Origin: Schizochytrium sp. TIO01
Taxonomy: Eukaryota > Protista > Bigyra: Labyrinthulomycetes
DNA: 64,000 nt
Direction: 5' to 3'
Assembly (NCBI GenBank): GCA_004764695.1
Contig: SMSO01000034.1
Coordinates: forward strand, 3,162,001-3,226,000
Made by a program: the position numbers and the translations under genes. Below are positions 23,947-34,429 of the stretch, piece by piece. Under the pieces are notes generated by a model. The model worked only from the letters and a program-made list of their open reading frames with translations, was not told where the DNA came from and made no database searches. Every line of letters starts with the position of its first letter. The stretch's first letter is position 1.

Positions 23947-24774
23947 TTGCGCGGCAACTCTTTGACCGTTTATTTACTCTACCTATCAAATTCCACAGCG
24001 ACCACATTCACATGATGATACCAAAATTTTCTCCTTTTTTTGTTTTTTCATCTGTACATACTACCGTAATTTTCATCTACTCATTCAACAGCTTCTCCCT
24101 CTATATTTAGTCCCTCCGGAACCACTAGAAGAAATCTATCTGTTGCACTCTTGATCCTTGTTTACCACCAAGTCGTCCAAAACTTGAGTATTGTAACTAT
24201 CAGATGTGTAGATTTGACATATCCCACATCAAACTAGACTGTGTGCGCTTCGAAATGCGCCTTCGAGGTGTTAAACTAATAGAGGTTAACTAAGTACTTG
24301 GCCAAAGAGCTCCAACTTCATTCCCGTGTAGCTTCCTAAGGCAACGGGTATGACATGATGATTTCGATCGTCGTCTATGCATACTATCACTCTTGACAAG
24401 TAACTACAATGGGCAAGTGACATGGCTTCCAACAGAGCGTTTTTTAAATGAAACCCCATGCCTAAGTAAACCCCTAACGTAATTTTCAAGGCGCAAGACC
24501 TTCAACAGATGAGGTAAACCAGTACGAGCTAATACATGATACTTCAAAGAAATAAGTTTTTCCTTCAAAATTTATGAACATGGATATAGTGTGGTCTTTT
24601 TGCCAAAAGCCCCTACAAAGACCATTGATATCGAAGTTCGACGTACAGAATTCACCCTAATATAATAGTAGCATATTGGGTAACCCTCACATCTCACGCA
24701 CTCCGCGACGCGCCGATTGTATAATATAGTAATCTAAGTTGTACAAGAAGTAACTAAACCCTACTGGAAAACAG

Positions 24775-26310
24775 CTAAGGCTCCGTAGGTTTCCCGTGCC
24801 GATAACATTTTCCTGCGCGCTGCACAGACTTTGTACAACCAGGAGTATTGCATCGTGGCCCACCGCCATGCTTAACACATTTCCCGCCTCCTCTGTCAAA
24901 TTTATCGCAGTCAGGGAATTGGCATTTTTTGCCACCACCGTGGGCGAGGCATTTCCCTGTTTCTCCCTTGGCAAGGGTGTTGCAGCCTGAAATCAGGCAT
25001 CGAACCCCGCCTCCATGCGCAGTACATTTGCGCCCTGTTGAAGCTAGTCTGTCGCAGTCGGGATGCTGGCAGAGTCTCCCTCCGCCATGTCTCGAGCATT
25101 TTCCTCCTTTCACAGCTCCATTGTTACAGTCAGGATGATCACAGCGCTTTCCATGCCGCGTGCAAAAATTATGAGAGCCATAAGCGCCGTTGGTGCATCC
25201 AAAATGCCAACACCTGCGCCCTCCACCATGAGTGACGCAAAATCCGCCTCCTCGATCTTGAGCTGTGCAATTTTCAAACTGGCAGTGCTTTCCTCCACCG
25301 TGCGCAATGCATTTATCAGAAGGATTTTGTGAAGCTTTTTGACACCCAGGGTACTGGCACCGCTGACCTCCTCCATGCGCAATACATTTACCACTTTTCT
25401 TGGCAGCGCTATTGCAGTCTGGCACCGAACATTTCTTCCCGCCACCGTGAGATGTACAGTAGTCTGTGGGTTTTATAGCTCCATTTTTGCATTCTGGATA
25501 TTGACATCGCATACCACCTCCATGGGCAATGCACCTATCACTCATATAGGTAGCTCCTTTATTGCACCCAAGAAACCAGCACCGTTTCCCGCCACCATGG
25601 CTAACGCAGAATCCACCTCCCTGATCAGCCTTGGTACATCCTTCCTGCTGACACTTATATCCGCCACCATGGGTTGAGCAGCCACCTCCTAGATCAGAGT
25701 TCTTGCATCCCGGATGTGGACATCTTGGGCCTCCACCATGAGCGATGCACTTGCCACCTTCCTTGGCATATTTCTTGCATCCCGAAACTTCGCATAGACG
25801 TCTTCGTGGATCACCTTCACGATTCTGGCGTTTGTTCCGGGAGGTATTCTTAACTGATGGATATCTCGGCTTTAATCTCTTCGTCGAGTCATCATGCTCT
25901 ACAAAGCGTTCGATTTCGCACGCACTGTTGGCGCTAAGCATGCTGACATCGAGGTTGGGGTCCCCACTCAAGCTCCAACATGAACTCGAACTCGAACTCG
26001 AACTCGAACTCGAACTCGAACTCGAACTCGAACTCGAACTCGAACTCGAACTCGAGCCCACGGCCGGATTGTTGTCAGTATTGCCCGAACCTAACTGCCT
26101 TGACCCCCCTACTTGTGATGTTGTCTCCGCTGAGCTTTCAGACGCTACTTCAGAGTCGGCTGCTACAGTTGTTGGCATCTGTTGTGCATTGGCACCTGTT
26201 GCCATCCTTACTGCAGGCTCCGAGTCCGCAAACCGCGCACGCTTGGGTTGTGGCATGGCCAGATCTTGCCGGCTCAGATGTTCGCGCGGTGTCGCTGCTG
26301 GTCTGTCCAT
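24775..26310 (-). CDS. WRKY19-like CCCH zinc-finger repeat protein (14 C-x4-C-x8-10-C-x2-HGGG units)
   Basis: 511 aa with 14 repeats ending HGGG/HG, N-terminal poly-Ser and a basic NLS-like PQPKRAR. Confidence 0.92.
   Translation of the reverse strand: MDRPAATPREHLSRQDLAMPQPKRARFADSEPAVRMATGANAQQMPTTVAADSEVASESSAETTSQVGGSRQLGSGNTDNNPAVGSSSSSSSSSSSSSSSSSSSSSSSSSCWSLSGDPNLDVSMLSANSACEIERFVEHDDSTKRLKPRYPSVKNTSRNKRQNREGDPRRRLCEVSGCKKYAKEGGKCIAHGGGPRCPHPGCKNSDLGGGCSTHGGGYKCQQEGCTKADQGGGFCVSHGGGKRCWFLGCNKGATYMSDRCIAHGGGMRCQYPECKNGAIKPTDYCTSHGGGKKCSVPDCNSAAKKSGKCIAHGGGQRCQYPGCQKASQNPSDKCIAHGGGKHCQFENCTAQDRGGGFCVTHGGGRRCWHFGCTNGAYGSHNFCTRHGKRCDHPDCNNGAVKGGKCSRHGGGRLCQHPDCDRLASTGRKCTAHGGGVRCLISGCNTLAKGETGKCLAHGGGKKCQFPDCDKFDRGGGKCVKHGGGPRCNTPGCTKSVQRAGKCYRHGKPTEP
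25982..26053. repeat. Perfect (GAACTC)12 hexamer repeat encoding poly-Ser on the minus strand
   Basis: 12 perfect units counted. Confidence 0.97.
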
Positions 26311-27563
26311 GACTACGCTGCGAAATGAAACGTTGAGGATCTGGGCGTCCTATGGTAAACACAAAGGATTTCATTAATTGTGGGAGCACTCCTTCATATA
26401 TGCAAACACAAAAGAATGGTTAAGAAGCTTTGCTTCTGCAATCGAGCGAGCGAGTTTGTATAGGACAGGTACGCTTTTGAGATGACGCTCAGCATCAAAG
26501 ACCTCTTTATAAGGAGGCAAACTTACACACACCTGCAAGTCATCTCGAAGAATATTGCTGGCGCTCTCCGAGTCCTCTCAGAATCCCAACCACATCATCA
26601 TCTAGGCCACTTAGAAAATCGCTAACAGTGCACACCTAAGGTACTTACTGTCTAGAGGTACATGCACTACACTAAAGCAGGACTTTCACAGAAATTACAC
26701 TTAAGGTACATGTGCATGCACACAGTCCGAACTTTTCATGCTTTGGGAGCCTTGAGTCGTTGAAGAGATGTCAACGAGGAGCCTCGAGGTAATGGTTCAA
26801 GCTTTCCTTTCACATTCTCGGCCTTGATGGTTTGCTGCAGTTAAAGAGCCCGACGTAGACCACTTCTGGCGATTTGTAGAGAGAGAACCCGAGTGTGCTC
26901 TGTTACCTGCCTGAAGAATGGCTTCGCGTCTCTGAAGACATTCTGGCTAAGCGTAGAGCAAAGCAGCTCTGGCAGGACGTCAAGGGGAGCCAACCTGCTA
27001 GCGCAGAGAACGGTGCCAGAGTTGAATTTGGGACTCCAAGTAAGCTCACTATGTTGGCAAGCCAAAGCTGATCAAATGTCTCATTAGGCTTCTTCTTCGA
27101 CACTCCTTCAAGCTCGAAATCGAGCTCGAGCTCAAACTTATTCGGTGCCAGGGCATTTGGTCGTTTGCCTCGGAATGGAATGGATGAATGAATGAATGAA
27201 ATACTTCGAGCACTGGAAGGGCGTGTGGATGGACGGAGACCTCGGCCTCGTGCTGTTGAACTGCAGCAAGTGCAACGCGAAGGCTTGGCTGAAGTTGGCG
27301 AGAATCATTCATTCATTCATTCATGCATTCATTCATGCATTCGTGCATTTTCGCGTTGCCTTGCAGGCCCTCCTGCTGGAATTGACAGCCTGTTTCCAGC
27401 TCGCGAGGACCTTCTTCTGCACCAGCCTCCGTTGGCCTCCTCCATCTGCGCGGTGTCCTCACTCTGCGGAGTCTCGCATCGCATTTGGTTTGGCAGGATC
27501 TTCAATCGATCGGGTTGGTTCTTCGGTCTCATTGGATCCTCGATTTGCTTTGGTCTTCTTCAA

Positions 27564-27616
27564 TTTGCATTACATTTTGCATTACATTTTGCATCACATT
27601 TTGCATTACATTTTGC
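27564..27616. repeat. 12-bp tandem repeat (TTTGCATTACAT) x4.4
   Basis: Read directly; one unit has a T>C change. Confidence 0.92.
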
Positions 27617-28696
27617 GATTGCACAAAATGCAATAGCAATAACGCACAGCTCCATCAAAGCGCCGACGATCGCGGAGATGGAGGCGCCTGCTCTGGGCCT
27701 CCAAGGCGTCTCTTCTGTGCGCGATGACCGGCGTGGAGGCAGCGCGTGAAGGTACGTCAATCGAGGTCTTGGCGATGGTCAATTGGGCTCGAGGTCTGCG
27801 CAGAGGTGGTCAGAAATGAGAAAGGAGAATTCCCGTCGCGAAGACGGTCTGAGAAAGAGAAAGGAAACGGATTGAAAGAACAGAAAGAACGCCGGAAAAG
27901 AAAGAAAAGAAAAGAAAAGAAAAAGAGACAAAGAATTGGGTCTTTCAGCCTCAGTCTTCAAACCTTGCGATTGCACCAGGTCAGTGGCAATCAATGCCAG
28001 GTCACGACCGAGAATAGCAGACCTTGAGCTTTGCTGCATGGCGTATCATTTGTGGTGAAGAGGCCTTCATTGCAGGCATCGTGGATTCCGAGAGGGCCCT
28101 CTCGATTGAGCGCAGAGACAACTTTGACACTACTGTGGAACACCAGAAATTACCTCTCTTTCGTCATGCAGTACTTTTATTTATTTTTAAATTGTTATTA
28201 AAAATAAGAATATCTGTCACAATTCATTTCTTTCTCAACTCATCAACAGCGCCGAAAATAAGGGTGGAAAAAGAACAGGAATGTAATCCGCTCTACGATC
28301 AATACCAATTTTAAGAAACATGCAAAAACTGTCAGCAGGGCTTTCTGCGTATCATGAGTGTGGAGATGAACTGTGCCAGCTGACCTTGAAGAAGATGTGT
28401 CTCTGGAAGGCGGCTGCAGCCAAAACTGTCATGATTGCATTTCGTTGATTACTTCGTAAAAAAATAACACTAGTAATAATATAATAATAATAATAATAAT
28501 AATAAATAGTAGCATAGTCATAATAGTTGCAAATAAAAACGTTTTGTCTCGTGCTTTGATATGACTTATTTGGAGACGAAGCAAAATGTGAAAAGCACGT
28601 TGTGCAGTAAATGAGAAAACAACTTTGGAAAATGTAATGCAACAGAAGCAGAACTCCAAAAGCAAGCGGGCCAGAAACCGAAGGAACCTGGCAGCG

Positions 28697-31057
28697 ATGC
28701 GGGTTCAACGCTGCGCAGCGGCGCTCCTGGCCGTCCTGGTGGCGCTGTTAGTGCTAGAAAGCGACGGTCGACTCACCGGAAGACCTACAGACCGTGTGGA
28801 AGAGAACGAAGCTGGGCGTGGCGAAGCCTCAGCTTCTGCAGCTCGTGAAAAGACTGGTTCGACTCCCCAATTGGCAAGCTTAGAGCGTACATTTCAGCTG
28901 ATTGATATTTTTATGGGCACGACCATAAACCAAGAAGCAAAGACTACACCATCGGTCTCGCCACCGTTTGGCAATTTGCTCGTGGGACCCGAGACCGAAG
29001 CTGGTGAGAACAAATGTGTGCCTCCATACTACTATGACCGCACAGAGCTTACTGGCATCCGCCTTAGCCACTGGTTGAGTGGTTCATGCACGAACGACTT
29101 TGGATCTTTCAGTATCCGTCCTGGGTTTGCAGGTAGCTTTGTTTCGTCGTATACACACGACCAGGAGGATGGCACGCCAGCACTCTACAGCGTGCGTGAT
29201 CTCTTTGGGGGCCAAGTCAACATGACTACTGCTGCGACGTCTCATACTGCTGTCATTCAGTTCGATCTGAGCACAGATACTGCGCCTCTTGAAATCGAGG
29301 TTGGAGGTAATCGAGGTGACTCTGCGTGTACATGGGATGCTGATGCGGAAGAACTCTCGTGCCTGAACAAGGTCTACCGTCTCTATGCTGGAAATGGCCG
29401 TCCTGCTGGTTTTAGCGCCTACCTCAAGCTTCAAGTGAGACCTGCTCCTGACGAGGTTGTTGATGGTTCCAATGGCAATGCCGTACTTCGTTTCACATCT
29501 CAGGCTCACAGGGTAATTGTTCGTGCAGCTGTGTCAATGGTCGACTACGATGGTGCAAGTACTAACATGAAGATGGAGCTGGGAGATTCCTTCAATGCAA
29601 CTGAGGTTTCTGGGCAGACAAAACAAGCATGGCTTGAAGAAATTGGGAAAATCCGAGTTGGAGACGATGCCTCTGACGAAGAGCTAAGCAAGTTCTACAC
29701 CGCTATGTACCATGCGTCTCTTCTTCCTCGGGAGTTTTCCGACGCAGATGGCCGTTTCCCTTCCTTTGGAGGTGGGAGCAAGATCCACACTTGGCCAAAG
29801 GGTCATGTTTATTATAACGATTTTAGTGCATGGGACACTTTTCGTGCATTTCACCCATTGCACTCCATTATTAGTCGTCGACGATCTGTAGAATTTGCAA
29901 GATCTCTCGTGCAAATGGGTTTAGACGGAGGTTGGCTTCCTATTTTCCCGGCATGGAACTCCTACACTGGAGAGATGATTGGCGACCACGTTATTGCAAT
30001 CCTTGGTGACTTTATCACAAAAGGACTCTTGGACAGCGAGCCAGAGCTTATCAAACAAGCATACAAGCTTATGAAACAGAACGCAGAAAGCACCCCTAAC
30101 TTCATTGAGTACTATGTCGAGGGCAAAGGCCGACGCTCCCTTTCTGCATATAAGCGACTTGGCTATGTCCCTTTGGAAGAAGAGAACCTTCTTTCCTACC
30201 ACCCTTATGAGCAAAGCAGTCGCACAATTGAATACTCTTTTGATGATGCAGTGCTTGCAACAGTCGCCTGTGGACCGCGCATTAATGACACCAAAACCTG
30301 CGAGAGTATGACGAAGCGTGCTCAAAACTACCGGAACGTGATCGATAAGAGCTTTGGGTTTGTGAACGGCCGGCACGTTACGGGCCAGTTTGAGGCTAAA
30401 GCGCATGTCAACCCTGAAAGTCCGCAACATTTTGTTACTGAGGGAACACCTTGGCAATGGACCTTTGCGCCACTCCACGATCCAATCGGGCTCATGCATG
30501 CGCTAGGGCTCGACGAGGCCAAGTTTGAGGAGAAACTTGACCAACTTTTCGCCCTTGGTCAGTATAACCATGATAACGAACCTAGTCATCACATCGCTTT
30601 TCTATACAATTTTGTTGGCGCGTACCACAAGACCCAGAGCCGAGTGCATGAGATCCGGCGTTCCCAATATGGTGTTGGTCCCAAGGGCTTGTCTGGAAAT
30701 GACGATGCAGGACAAATATCTGCCTGGTATATTCTTGCGGCAATGGGGCTATATCAAACCAGCTCGCATCGACCAGTATTTCAAGTCTTTCAGCCTGTGT
30801 TCTCACATATTGAGCTACATTTGGAAAATAACAGCGTATTTACAATTAGCACACCAAGCCTACGCGAGACAAATCCGGCAAACACTGCGTATCTTCATGC
30901 CGCGGTCATTAATGGAGTTTGTATGCACCACGCCGAAATCTCGTACGACCAGATTATGTCCGGTGGACTTCTTGCGCTAAATGTCACTGATAAACCCCCA
31001 ACGAAGGCCTTTGTTTCGCACTGTGCACTCGATAAAGTTGCTCAAGCCGAAATATAA
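28697..31057 (+). CDS. Secreted GH92 alpha-mannosidase
   Basis: Signal peptide MRVQRCAAALLAVLVALLVL (ORF open from 28625), FYTAMYH, FSAWDTFRAFHPL, SRTIEYSFDD, TEGTPWQW, YNHDNEPSHH and GNDDAGQISAW. Confidence 0.93.
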   Translation: MRVQRCAAALLAVLVALLVLESDGRLTGRPTDRVEENEAGRGEASASAAREKTGSTPQLASLERTFQLIDIFMGTTINQEAKTTPSVSPPFGNLLVGPETEAGENKCVPPYYYDRTELTGIRLSHWLSGSCTNDFGSFSIRPGFAGSFVSSYTHDQEDGTPALYSVRDLFGGQVNMTTAATSHTAVIQFDLSTDTAPLEIEVGGNRGDSACTWDADAEELSCLNKVYRLYAGNGRPAGFSAYLKLQVRPAPDEVVDGSNGNAVLRFTSQAHRVIVRAAVSMVDYDGASTNMKMELGDSFNATEVSGQTKQAWLEEIGKIRVGDDASDEELSKFYTAMYHASLLPREFSDADGRFPSFGGGSKIHTWPKGHVYYNDFSAWDTFRAFHPLHSIISRRRSVEFARSLVQMGLDGGWLPIFPAWNSYTGEMIGDHVIAILGDFITKGLLDSEPELIKQAYKLMKQNAESTPNFIEYYVEGKGRRSLSAYKRLGYVPLEEENLLSYHPYEQSSRTIEYSFDDAVLATVACGPRINDTKTCESMTKRAQNYRNVIDKSFGFVNGRHVTGQFEAKAHVNPESPQHFVTEGTPWQWTFAPLHDPIGLMHALGLDEAKFEEKLDQLFALGQYNHDNEPSHHIAFLYNFVGAYHKTQSRVHEIRRSQYGVGPKGLSGNDDAGQISAWYILAAMGLYQTSSHRPVFQVFQPVFSHIELHLENNSVFTISTPSLRETNPANTAYLHAAVINGVCMHHAEISYDQIMSGGLLALNVTDKPPTKAFVSHCALDKVAQAEI

Positions 31058-31893
31058 GTTAGGCTCTCCTTTACAACCGTGTATTGCATCAGTTACTACG
31101 TTTCTGTTGTTGATACTTAACTCTTAGAGCTGGCCGTCTCGCCTGGCGCCATTTCACTACAATTTAAAATACCTATTTAATTACTTTAAACTCGCTCTTG
31201 TACTCAGTTCCGGACCGAACAATTAATTCTTCCCTCGCAGCAAACCTATCTGGTTTCGTCTCCTCGTCCAATGGATTTGATCTGGTTTCCTAATTCCGCA
31301 GCCAACAACACTTCGGTGCTGTCTCTTTAATCCCATCATCCCTGTTTTGCACAATTAATTGCAAGACCTGCCTACGGATAGTAACAGTAGTGCGAGTAGG
31401 AGTATTCTTTTCTTTAACCATTTGCCAGATAAAAACCAAATTGTCAACGAGAAAACCAGCCACCCAATTGAGCATGTCGGTGATCGAGCGGGGTGCGAGC
31501 GTGACATATTACGTCACGAGCAGGATGTCGCGTAATCATCCGATGTGGCTGAAGCAGTTAAATCAAGCCTTGACTGGTTGTCGTTGGAATTCTGTTATTG
31601 TGTGCTTCATTTCGCTCGTTGGCTCAGCGTGAGTTGTCACATATCAACTTTCGTAGAAAGTTTTCATTTCTAAAAGAAAAAAGAAAAGAGAAAAGAAAAG
31701 GAAGCAAAGTTTCTTTGTGCAGAATGGACTCAGCAGCAGATCGTATTGCATATATAGCCACTGTCTGATTTTTTGGCTTCCGTGCATCGCGCGCGCTCGA
31801 CAAAGGAGCATGGATGCGCAGAACCATTAGCCAGATAACAAACGTGGAATAGTGAGCAAAGAAGAATAAGCTGTCGTTGCGGGCAACGGTGCA

Positions 31894-33885
31894 ATGGAAG
31901 CGCACAACTGCAGCAGCGATCAAGAGCAAACTTACGACGTTGGAGGTAAACCTGTACAAGAAGAAGAACTCGTGGAGACGTTTGATGAAGATTATGATGC
32001 TGCATCAACTGCCTTGAAGAAAGAAATTAACCATCACGCTTATTTCAAAAACAGAGGCTGTTCAGCAGAAATCCCAAATACGGAGTCCTCGTTGTTTGCC
32101 CCAGCGATAGCAAAGAACGTGAAACAGCCCTGTACACCACTTGGGAAAGAGAAGCAACGGTCGGCAAGTGACGAAGAGATCTTCATGAATGAAGAAGAAT
32201 CAAAAATGAGTGATAGTGAAAGATCCCTTGCCTTAGGCCTTGAAGATGAAAATTTATCTGTATCTGGTATTCAAGACGAGGTACCTGCTGATGAGGATTG
32301 TGACGACTGCCCTGATTTGGTGAGCAGCATCAATGGAATTATATTCGTTAACGCACGTGATCTTGAGACTGAAGCGAACGCCCTTGACGAAGATCGAAAC
32401 GACCATGACCTCCCCGAACAGTATGAAAGCACTACTGCGGAATCACCCATAGTGCCGAGGCTTGAAATTGAAAGGCTTGAACGTGAAGACGATTGTGTCT
32501 CCATCGCAGACACAGATTCAGACTCCACACCTCCATCTCCAAAAGAAAAATTAATTTCCGCATGCCACAGGATGCCACCGCTGCCCCCTACACAAAATTC
32601 TTCACGAACAACTCAACATCGGACGGCTCCACCACCACCACCACCCCATAGCAAAAACTTACCCGCGAATCATCGAGCGCCGCCGCCGCCACCACCCCGC
32701 AAAGACCAAAATGACAATAACAGCGATAACCCGCGCAAAGGCAGAAGACTCAGTCATACCCGTGCCCCGCCACCTATACCTTCAAAACGTGCTGCCCCTC
32801 CCCCACCACCAGCACTTTCAAAATCTGATGCTACAGTACAGCCGTCTCCCCGTACCGCGTCTGAAATTAAGCGACCAGCTCCACCACCACCACAAAGCAA
32901 TGTTCAATCCGAGATTAGTACTGTGGAGAAGGATCATGAAGCTGGCACTCTCTTACCAAGCCCAAGGGAGAGCATTGAAGTATGCGAAGAGCGAAGCCAA
33001 GCAAGAACAAGCCAAGATACCAGGAGCATTCGCAGCCGATCTATGTCTTGTGCATCAGAAGCATCTATATCCTCTTCATCTTCGGTTGTATCTAGAGTAT
33101 CATCCGGCTCAGCTAGACGAGATGAAGAAGAAATCAATGCAGAAGCTATGGATAGACTAGCCGATGTGTCACGAAGACGCACACAACGACAAACAACTCG
33201 TCGTGGAATAAATGATCGCGTTAGAGCTGCTCTTGCAACTAATGACGCAGATCTGATTGTCTTCCGCCTTTTTGCGGAAATTGCAGATGCTATTCTTGCT
33301 AAATTACACGTTGTTCTTGCTGATTCGCCAACATGGCATCTGATTACACAGAAAGAGGGATACACTCCTGGGGCTGTGACAACTGGAAGCGTTGATGAAC
33401 AGGAACAGTGGATGGACCTGTTTGTACAATTGGCTTGCGGATGGCCTTCATCAAGTGTTGCATTTGGCCCTGTCAACCTAAATTCATCACATGCAATTGC
33501 TCAGCTTTATAACGAAGACGAGAGTGAGGATACTGAAAATGACCCAAACTTGGATCATGAGTATATTGGAACCTTAACTTTCAAGAAACCAGAAGATGCA
33601 GAAGATAGCCTTCCGCCTGGCCCAATAACTGACGCGATCCTGCATTTCCATTCTCAAGTGAGCGTTCTCGTCGAAAGGAAAGGTTCCTTAAACCCTATGC
33701 AAGTCTTACGCTTCGCCTCAACTGTAGCTGCGGCAATGGACAACATTGAGCGAATTCCCGTTGGGGAAGGTGGGACCCCAAAAAGGCCAACTGAGTTTCA
33801 AATGCAGTTTTTGCAGCGTCTAAACCATGCTGCACTTGAGGCACTACTTCAATTTGAAGAAGGCATGTCAGAGCTTTTACATTAG
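31894..33885 (+). CDS. Hypothetical acidic/proline-rich protein with globular C-terminal domain
   Basis: 663 aa ORF with several (R/T)APPPP tracts; no family recognised. Confidence 0.8.
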   Translation: MEAHNCSSDQEQTYDVGGKPVQEEELVETFDEDYDAASTALKKEINHHAYFKNRGCSAEIPNTESSLFAPAIAKNVKQPCTPLGKEKQRSASDEEIFMNEEESKMSDSERSLALGLEDENLSVSGIQDEVPADEDCDDCPDLVSSINGIIFVNARDLETEANALDEDRNDHDLPEQYESTTAESPIVPRLEIERLEREDDCVSIADTDSDSTPPSPKEKLISACHRMPPLPPTQNSSRTTQHRTAPPPPPPHSKNLPANHRAPPPPPPRKDQNDNNSDNPRKGRRLSHTRAPPPIPSKRAAPPPPPALSKSDATVQPSPRTASEIKRPAPPPPQSNVQSEISTVEKDHEAGTLLPSPRESIEVCEERSQARTSQDTRSIRSRSMSCASEASISSSSSVVSRVSSGSARRDEEEINAEAMDRLADVSRRRTQRQTTRRGINDRVRAALATNDADLIVFRLFAEIADAILAKLHVVLADSPTWHLITQKEGYTPGAVTTGSVDEQEQWMDLFVQLACGWPSSSVAFGPVNLNSSHAIAQLYNEDESEDTENDPNLDHEYIGTLTFKKPEDAEDSLPPGPITDAILHFHSQVSVLVERKGSLNPMQVLRFASTVAAAMDNIERIPVGEGGTPKRPTEFQMQFLQRLNHAALEALLQFEEGMSELLH

Positions 33886-34429
33886 TTTCCCCCTCCAGCT
33901 CTAAGGTCATTGGAGCAATCTACAAGGGCATTATAGCATATTTATAAACCAATGTCGCTTTTTCTTTCCTCATCTTCTATTGTGATAGATTTCAATGTGA
34001 AATTAATCTACCCCAGTCAAACTTTGAGTAACAGCAGCTCATCCCAAAAGCACAGGTGAAGATATAATTTGGGCTCTGATTCTGGCAATTGACTGTGCAG
34101 CTTTCATGAACAAGTTACCACTACTTAAAAAATTAATTATTGGTGGTATTGATAAGAAAAAATTATCAAGATATCATATATGATATTGCAAAGGTCCTTT
34201 ACCAAGCTAGATAAATTCTACTGCACTTAACCCTGCGAGACAGCCTCGACGGAGAAGCAACATTTTAACGCAAATCTGTTTTCTATTTCTCTTAGAAAAG
34301 GAGTTTTTTTCTCTACTAATAATTAGCCTGAATAGTTTGTTCGCACACATTGCGCAATCAACAGTCAGTGAATTACTTTTCGTAGGACCAAGGCCACAAA
34401 GCCTTGACAGACGTGTCCATACTGTACGT

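Noticed and set aside
26830-26860. ttgctgcagttaaagagc resembling a conserved 18S rRNA segment
   Set aside because: Short imperfect match; flanks do not continue as rRNA
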